64,000 bases of DNA. Origin: Octopus vulgaris. Taxonomy: Eukaryota. The stretch lies in assembly GCA_951406725.2 (NCBI GenBank), contig OX597817.1:121458001-121522000 (forward strand), written 5' to 3'. The translations under genes were made by a program, and so were the position numbers. Shown here one piece after another: positions 55,962-64,000 of this stretch; position 1 is the first letter of the stretch; every line of letters starts with the position of its first letter. The notes under the pieces are model-generated. The model was given only the letters and a program-made list of their open reading frames with translations, did not search any database and was not told the DNA's origin.

Positions 55962-57507
55962 AAGTTCTTCGACAATATTTTGAAAATCTGTGGTGATTGG
56001 TATAGTTCGGGTATTGGTAGAGCCCCTCATAACGAAGGGTGGCGTTATCCTCCTCAGGGATTTTCCATGTCTATATTACTGTATAGCATTCCAGTTTTCA
56101 TTCCGGGGAATAGAACTTTAGTGCTACCAAGCGCTCTCAGTATCTCAGCTGCTGCATTGAAGCAGACTTGTCATTGTAACATCAGTGGGCTCTTTCTAGA
56201 TTTGCTTTGGTGACCATAGTGACAAGGGACAAATGTTCTGCAAAAGCAGTGTTGTTTGCGACTCACTTGTACTAAATGATCACAGAATCTATCTTACCAG
56301 ACTTATTTGCTATCATGCTAATGTGTACATAAAACGATACTTTACTTTTATTGAATATAACTGTCGAAATGCAATCCACCTAGGTCATTTCTTTTCTGGT
56401 TGAGGAACGGCTGTGGCACGATAGCTTGAAATTTTCCATCCATCCATCCACACACGCTCGCGCGCGTACCCACACACATATACAGACAGACAGACATAGG
56501 CACATTATGACTGAAGGGGTTAAGAAATACGCGCTTCACAATCGGCTAGTCACAGTTTTGTTTCCACCGTATGGCACCTTGGGAAGCTATAGAAAATAGT
56601 TTTATTTTCTATAGCTTCCAATCAATCCATATTTTCTCAATGAAATTGGACTGGCATAAACTGTGTAGAAGCTCGTCGGTTGGATTTTACTTGTAATTTC
56701 AAGGTCCAACCCCGCCCAGCTGATTTCACTCGATTTCATTAAGAATAGAGAGGCCTGAGAAATGCTCACCCAGTTATACTCTAACACAATGATCACAACT
56801 TTAGTTGACTGAATATATGAATACTCATAGTCAGGATGGAATAAGTACCAGCCTTTAAAAGAATAATACGTACTGGGAATACGTATTCTCACATTACCTC
56901 ATACCATCCTTGTTACATCTGCTTTACGTTTACGTTTATAAGTTGTCATTCCTTAAAGTTTAAACAAATTTTCTCCAATGTATCAAATATTTTGTCAATC
57001 TTCATGTCGGAGGATGGTAAAACCGGCATTTCATCAGAGCAAATACTTTGCCATGTTTTCGCGTTTTCAGCTTTCTTATTATCGAAGTCTACTTTACATT
57101 AATTTTTCTGTGGTCAATACAGTAAAGACTAGTAAAGAACTGTCATCAATATAATCCAATTCTCTTCTTTCCTCAAATTTATGGTCGTGTGCCTATGTTA
57201 GAAATCAATATTTGTTGCATGATAATATCAAGCTTAAAGGATGATTGAAAAAAGGATAGGAGTTATGAAGTTTTCTATTTCTCACAAAGCATGTGATATC
57301 AGGGAAAGTTTCATCGTATATCGAAGCTATATCGTAATCGGAAATCTTCAGTGTTTTTCTTTTTCCCCAATATAACTTGTGTAAACATTCTATCAATAAG
57401 TAGGCTAAGTCCTTATAATGTACATTGGCTAACTCGCTCTCTCGCTTTTACTCACTATAATCTCTCTCTCGTTCTCTCTTTCTATCTGTGTGTGTGTGTG
57501 TGTTCAC

Positions 57508-57720
57508 AAGGCGGCCAGCTGGCAGAATCGTTAGTACGCCGGATTAAATACCTAACGCCATTTCTTCCAGCTTTACGTGCCTGTTTCAAATCCTCCCGAA
57601 GTCAATTTCGCCTTTCATCCTCTTGTGGTTGATAAAATAAGTACCGGTTGAATACTTAAGGTGAATTCGGTCAACGTCCCTTGCCCCAAGATTTCAGACT
57701 TTGTTGTTTGTAGTAGAAAC
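57508..57720 (+). mobile_element. SINE family A
   Basis: aaggcggccagctggcagaatcgttagtacgccgg...gcctttcatcct..gataaaataagtacc. Confidence 0.85.
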
Positions 57721-58232
57721 AATGTATGTGTACGTAGGTTACTCATACACATACACACACGCGTGCGCACACAGACACGCACACATACAATCATGCATGT
57801 ATGTAACCATTCGCTTTTGATTAATTATTTCTCTACGCCGAGTTTAACAATTTCTTTAGCTTTTAGACCGCAAATGCATATCTGAAATAAGAAAAAGGTA
57901 TTAAAACCCTGCCATAGATGTCGCTAGTCCTCATAGTTTTTGTTAAAGACGTTCATACAAAACTGGAATATCTTTTTATTTCTTGTATTAAATGCTTTCT
58001 ACATAACTCAGTATAAACAACGACAGGCAGGAAATGGGCTAGAAGTTGGAAAGGTAGATTAATTATTTTGAAGACAAATTTAAGAGCTAACAAACAATAT
58101 ACGTTCATAATTTAAAGTGTAAATGAAAACGTTAAGTACTAATAGTTTACTGAACCAGAAAGTGAATATCTAGATAAATTATTGTGCTTGCATTCACCTT
58201 GCACTTTTAAATCACACACACACACACATACA

Positions 58233-58292
<60 letters not shown>

Positions 58293-59366
58293 TATGTTTT
58301 AAACATAAAAGAATTATCTAAACCAGGTATCTCGAACATGCAAATGCGATACTACCTCATTCGTTGAAACCAGGTTTCCAAGTAAGGGCTATTGCAGCAC
58401 ACTATACTATAGAAAAAGAAATAAAATTATCATAGAAAACACCCCAGTTGACAGCACTACTGTCCTTTTTAGAATAGAAAAATCAAGGCTAACTTTAGAA
58501 CGTAAATTAATAGCCAAAACGAAATAAAAAAAATCAATACACATTTATTACACATTATCGTTAAACCATAAAAATCTACCAGGAGTTAACCTTTGATCAA
58601 TTTGAAATTTGGCTTGAAGATTTTTATCTGTGTAATAGAATTCCTATGGTGCTTTGCAACCAACTGCAGTGTTCATTAACAACGCGTCAATGCTACTTTC
58701 ATTTCATCTAACTGATGAATCCGATAATATCTTGAAACGTTATTGTATTCAGGAATAATCAATTATTACTAAGTATAAAAGACTAAGAAAATATGACAAC
58801 TCCCTAATAAAACGATTAAACTCAAACATATTCATGTGTTTCCCATGTTTGAAAGAAAAACTATTTCTTATTTAGACAGCGAGATACGCAGAACATACGT
58901 ACACAAACACCCATATTTACATGTAAAGGTTGATAAATAATGCAATGTATTGAATGATGTGCACAAATATTTCCTGATGAAATGTAATTAGCTTCTTAGA
59001 TTGCGGAAGAAAACAAAGACGTATCGGCAATTATGCGTCTTCAAATGAAAGGAGAGATAATCTTCAGAAATTAATTTAATAGAAAAGAATTTTCATGTTG
59101 GTGGGAAAATTCGATCATTTTTGAGGCAAAGAATTAGAGCTACAGACATGTTTCGGTGTTACTTGACCTCATTAACTAAATATATCCAATACAAAACCTG
59201 CTAGATAGTGGAGGAAACAAATTCTGAAGTTGCAAAATGTTACAAATATACTGGGCAGTTGAAATTTACATATTCATCATTAAAATCGGATAAGGGAGGT
59301 AACTTATGCGGACCAATATACATTTAGATACTTTATTGGTGAATGTGTGTGTAAGTGTGTGTGTGT

Positions 59367-59522
59367 ATCATCATCATCATCATCATCATCATCGTTTAAC
59401 GTCCGTTTTCCATGCTAGCATGGGTTGGACGGTTCAACTGGGGTCTGGGAAGCCAGGAGGCTGCGCCAGGACCAGTCTGATCTGGTAGTGTTTCTACAGC
59501 TGGATGCCCTTCTTAACGCCAA
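59367..59522 (-). mobile_element. 3' end of an RTE-associated SINE/LINE with (GAT)n tail (family D)
   Basis: Minus strand reads cccatgctagcatggaaaacggacgttaaac(gat)n, an RTE-type 3' terminus. Confidence 0.7.
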
Positions 59523-59556
<34 letters not shown>

Positions 59557-59574
59557 TATATACATATAAAATAT

Positions 59575-59655
<81 letters not shown>

Positions 59656-59685
59656 CATATATACATACATATGTGTGTGTGTGAA

Positions 59686-59945
59686 GGTGGATGGCTTAAT
59701 AGTTAAGGTGTTGCACTCACGATTGCGAGATCGTGGGTTCGATTCTCAGACCGGGCGTTGCGTTTTGTTCTTGTGTAAAGCATTTCATTTCACATTGCTC
59801 TACAGTCGTTTCAGCATCTTACAACTGGCACGCGCCGCACTTGTACAGGTAATGTCTATCTGATTGAGGTAGTGAGCTTATATCTACACAAATTTTTGAT
59901 CACTATAAACAAATCATCTGTGTGGTTGTTCGGTGAGAAATTGTT
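59686..59945 (+). mobile_element. tRNA-derived SINE family C
   Basis: tRNA-like head ggatggcttaatagttaagg...gggttcgattct followed by ttgttcttgtgtaaagcatttcatttcacattgctc. Confidence 0.7.
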
Positions 59946-59952
59946 TTATGTA

Positions 59953-60092
59953 AGGAAAATAAGACAAGGTAGAAAATGCTAAAATGATTTTATCATGAAG
60001 AACATTTTAGTACCGGTTCTAGTACCAGTTTTTAGTAAAATGTTTTTCATGATAAAATTATTTTAGCATTTTCTATCTTGTCTTATTTTCCT
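59953..60092. repeat. 140-bp hairpin element flanked by TA
   Basis: Arm aggaaaataagacaaggtagaaaatgctaaaatgattttatcatgaagaacatttta has a near-perfect reverse complement. TA at 59951 and 60093. Confidence 0.88.
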
Positions 60093-60097
60093 TATAC

Positions 60098-60132
<35 letters not shown>

Positions 60133-61145
60133 TATGTATGTATATGTTTTCTGTGTTTGTGTGTATGTGTGCGTGTGTGTGTGTGTATGCACACATACAT
60201 GTAAGTTCTCTGGCTATACTGTATATCATGAGATCGATTTCCAACAAAGAAATGTCATACATTCTATACTAAACACATATATTTACAGTAAAATATGGTT
60301 TGTAATTTGGCATAGAATTACAATATGAATGCTTTGGGTATTCATATAACAATGTATTTTAAATGTAAAATAATATGCAAAATCGGCACTATTAATTGAT
60401 TTACATACCATTGTATTTTGGAACAATATATATTGCTCTCTTAAATTTACAAATTAGTTGAAAATATTGAGCTGAATGGCAAACAAATAGATTAATGTAC
60501 AAACCAATTTGTGGCTCTTAGTTACGTTGTTGTGCGTTCTTAGTTCATATCCTGTGGGCTTAGTTTTCTGTTTCACTGATCCATGATCAGAAAATAACAT
60601 CGATTTATTCTACTGAGCTGTCAGGCTGAGTAAAAAGTGAGCAACATGTTTCAATAATGCGGGAATTTTATTCGTCAAAGTAAGTACCCTTAAAATCAAC
60701 TCATTTTTGCCAACGAGTAACAAGTTTGTTTATTCCTGTAACATATAATTCTGGAGTTCTGGGGTTGATGAACTCTTTCGACGCACTTTCAGCATAGGTT
60801 TGATTTTTTGAACTCCTACGCTCGCAGGAAACCATCAAGGTGCTTGAATGATTGGTGGTTGGTAGAAGAAAGGGCTGGGAAATAAGCTGAGTGGGAAAGA
60901 ACTTCATGGCCAAGTTTCCTCAACTTCTGGAGTGCCATTAGTGAAACGTGTGGTCGAACATTGTCACATTGACTGATTAGTCCTCTTTTGTTGAGCAGTA
61001 TGGGACGGAGGAGTAGTAGTTTTTCGTTCATTTTGGCAATTTCATGACAATATGTTACTGCAGTACTGTTTTTGCCGGGTCTTAAGAAGTTATAGTGGAT
61101 GATCCCAGCAGTTCATCACCAAACAGTCACCATAACCTTCTTTCT

Positions 61146-61378
61146 TATTTCTTTATTGCCCACAAGGGGCTAAACATAGAGGGAACAAACAAGGACAGAC
61201 GATGGGATTAAGTTGATTACATCGACCCCAGTGCGTAACTGGTACTTATTTAATCGACTCCGAAAGGATGAAAGGCAAAGTCGACCTCGGCGGAATTTGA
61301 ACTCAGAACGTAGCCGCAGACGAAATACTGCTAAGCATTTCGTCCGGGGTGCTAACGTTTCTGCCAGCTCGCCGCCTT
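61146..61378 (-). mobile_element. tRNA-derived SINE family A, full length (3' part of the chimeric retrocopy)
   Basis: Closely similar to 34262-34494, including the 3' end cttgtgggcaataaagaaata. Confidence 0.95.
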
Positions 61379-61528
61379 ACTCGGACGGGGCCCCGGAACG
61401 ATGGGATCCCGCGGCCGCAATGTGCGTTTGAGGTGTCGATGTTCACTGAGTACTGTAATTCGCATCAGTTCACGCGGATAGCCGCGCTCTTCATCGACGG
61501 ACGAGCCGAGTGATCCCCCGACCAGTCG
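61379..61528 (-). pseudogene. 5.8S rRNA retrocopy, near full length (5' part of the chimeric retrocopy)
   Basis: Minus strand reads cgactggtcgggGGATCACTCGGCTCGtccGTCGATGAAGAgCGC...GAATTaCAG..GAACATCGAcacctcaAACGCACATTGCGGC...ccggggcc. These are the conserved 5.8S motifs in the correct order over 150 nt, with no flanking ITS, 18S or 28S sequence. Confidence 0.93.
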
Positions 61529-62041
61529 CCATAAACTTCTTTCTGAAGCGCTCAGATTTAGGGAAGGTTTTCGGTGCTTCATTTTGGTACAGCCACTGCG
61601 AAGAACATTTTTTTATTATTGTACAGAATCCACTTTTCATCACAAGTTATAATACGGTCGAGAAATGGATTGGTCTGGTTGCGAAGAAGAAGCGACGAGC
61701 AAATTTCATATCTGCGCATTTTCTAATGTTCATTCAAATCATGCGGTACCCATTTTTTTATTTTCCGATCGCATGCAAGTAGTTACAGGCAATTTTCTGG
61801 CTAACTTGAAGTTCATTTGCTAGTTTTCGAGTGATTTTACGTAGATCTTTCTCAATGTGGGTCTTTAAATGACCGTTATCGATGACAGATGGCAGTCTAC
61901 TATGCTCACGATGTTCAAGGCTCAGGTCGCCACTGCGAAATCGTTTAAATCAATTTCGAGCTGAACACTCACTGGTCATTTCCTTAACAAACGTTTTGTT
62001 GATATTGCGAGCAGTTTCAGATGCTTTACATCCTTTTCGAA

Positions 62042-62203
62042 CGGGCTTCTTTCAGTTTCCCTCTACCAAATCCACTCGTTAGGTGCTACGTAGCGGGACT
62101 GAACTTGGAAAAATGTGGTTGAGAAATAAACTTCTTACCACACAACCACGCCTGCGCCTAAAACACACACGCACACACACAGACACAGACACACAGACAC
62201 ACA

Positions 62204-62256
<53 letters not shown>

Positions 62257-62670
62257 TTACTTCTGTCAATGGATTGCCACCGTGTTGGAAGCACCGCCGT
62301 GAAAGTTTAGTCAAGGAAATCGACCCCAGTACTGAAAGTTGGTGCTTATTCTATCGGTCTTTTTTACAGAAGCACTAAGCTACGGGAACAAAAATACACT
62401 AACATCAGTCGCTAAACGGTGGAGGGAAGATAAACATAAAAACACAGTTCATTCATACATCCATTCATTCATACGCAGGCACGCGCGCGCGCCCACACAC
62501 ACACATACACACATACCATGGAGCTTTATTCAAACTCTCTACAGAGTTCGGTCATTAGTCAGATCGGTGCGATAATAGAAATTGCCCAGGATGTCGTGCA
62601 GTAGGACGGGACTCGAAGTGCTCGAATGGAAAGCGAGCACTTCTCTACTTGTGCAGCCATGCCTGCTCAG
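62042..62670 (-). mobile_element. Two degenerate family B SINEs separated by (CA)n
   Basis: 62042-62159 is a head fragment (ttaccacacaaccacgcctgcgcct on the plus strand), followed by (CA)n at 62163-62253 and a diverged copy at 62255-62670. Confidence 0.75.
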
Positions 62671-63099
62671 TACAGTTAAATCTATACTTGACACGGAATA
62701 AAGGGAAATAATCGAAATACTGGACTGAAAGTATGAATTTATTTTATTTTAGAGAACATTTAGTTTTGGAACCACCAATAGGGCAAAGTGAGTATTAGCG
62801 GTTTCTCTCATAAACACTTCTCGTGTCTAATACAGAATTTATGAATTTTGAATTCTAAGCAATATGAATAGAGATATAAACTAAAATTACATTAACATCA
62901 CTCTATGAATATCTAGGCACGTAGCAACAGAAATTCTTCCCTTCGAGTCAATGAAAGAATTTTTAAGTCTTCGTTCGGGGTGCAAATCCCTCTACTACTA
63001 TCATTTTCAACAGAAGAAGAACACGTGATAATGTGGTCCTAGATACCCATAAGAAATGGGTGGTTATTAAGAAAATGGATAATTATAAAAGAAATGGAT

Positions 63100-63280
63100 G
63101 GTTATAAATTTGTTGTGCGGAGAGGGCTCATCGATTACATTGACCCAAAAGCTAATCCGTTATTTTATAGATCACTCCCCTCCAAAAGAAAGTCGAATGT
63201 GGAAGAATTATATCTCAGAACAGGGATAACGCCCATAAGTTTTGTCTGGCGTGCTTGCGTTACTGCCAGCTCGTTGCCAT
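63100..63280 (-). mobile_element. SINE family A, degenerate
   Basis: cgattacattgaccc...ctcagaac...ctgccagctcgttgcc. Confidence 0.65.
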
Positions 63281-64000
63281 AACAAAAGAAAAAAAAATTA
63301 ATTTTAATTAATTAAATGCTGACAATATTATTCCCTTAACGATTTTTATGTCCCAATAGAGAAAAGCGAGGAGAATATGAATACGAATTAGAATAAATAT
63401 AAAGTATTCTCTTTAGAACAGTTTATAATAATTACACTCTAGTAATGCTGTATTTCAACAAGAAAAATCTGCTTTTTATTACAATGACGTATCTTATTCT
63501 CTAGAAAATCGAACGCACACTTGTTTTCGGTAAGAAGAAGGAACTGTAATAGACTACGTAATCATTACGATGACAATTCCATTTATCTAAATGATGCAAC
63601 TAAGTTATTAACTCTACGAAAACTCTACTTTATTTTCAGAAATACGTCAATTTATTTATTGGGAATGATATTAAATACCAACGAGTGAACGGGAATTAAA
63701 ATAAAAATAAAAAAAGAACAAAGCATGAAGGAAGTATTTTATAGATAAGGACAGTAAAGTAGAGAACTTTCATTTCAGCATCACACCAAATCCATCCACA
63801 TATTTGCATTTGTATGATAGCTAATATAATAACTCTCCTAAACAATTATATTAGCTGCAGCGCTTTGTGTAAAGACATTTAGGAAGTTTTACATACAATA
63901 TAACAGTATCGATATCGGAAATTTCAAGTTAATGAAAGTGAATTAAAATAATATCAAATAAATTGTATTCCATTATCTAAGAAGTTAATTCCCGAACGTT

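Larger units (their letters stand above)
60621..62040 (-). mobile_element. Mariner transposon, pseudogenised, interrupted by the 5.8S-SINE insert and truncated by a family B SINE
   Basis: TIR-like tcaggctgagtaaaaagtgagcaac at 60621. Peptides PKSERFRKKVMVTVW (restored after removing the insert), DNVRPH and GINKLVTRWQK*VD..G.YFDE*. Confidence 0.9.

Noticed and set aside
58705-58750. CTGATGA...GAAAC hammerhead-like spacing
   Set aside because: Stems I and II do not pair convincingly.
59686-59760. tRNA gene
   Set aside because: The tRNA-like head continues into a SINE body and no complete cloverleaf is evident. The same applies to the family A and B heads.
61379-61528. Functional rDNA locus
   Set aside because: No 18S, 28S or ITS context; it lies inside a mariner and is bounded by a TSD, so it is a retrocopy.

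Overview
AT-rich eukaryotic non-coding DNA (intergenic or a very large intron). The SINE families and microsatellite load look like an octopus genome; this is recognition from memory, not a database search. I found no recognisable host protein-coding exon, and nearly all listed ORFs are microsatellite artefacts or pieces of decayed transposons. The window holds four or more mariner copies (two full-length with TIRs), a maT/DD37D remnant, two hAT remnants and a Helitron PIF1 helicase remnant. It also holds CR1, Penelope and three R4/Dong-type LINE remnants, and about 25 copies of at least four SINE families. The most notable feature is a near full-length 5.8S rRNA fused head-to-tail to a complete tRNA-derived SINE. 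It sits inside a mariner transposase as one unit bounded by a 16-bp target-site duplication (61146-61528). Also notable are a 755-bp foldback element with an 8-bp TSD carrying outward-facing telomeric repeats (20151-20905), two degenerate hammerhead-ribozyme motifs, a (TA)n-delimited array of short modules, and a candidate 442-nt non-coding exon on the minus strand.
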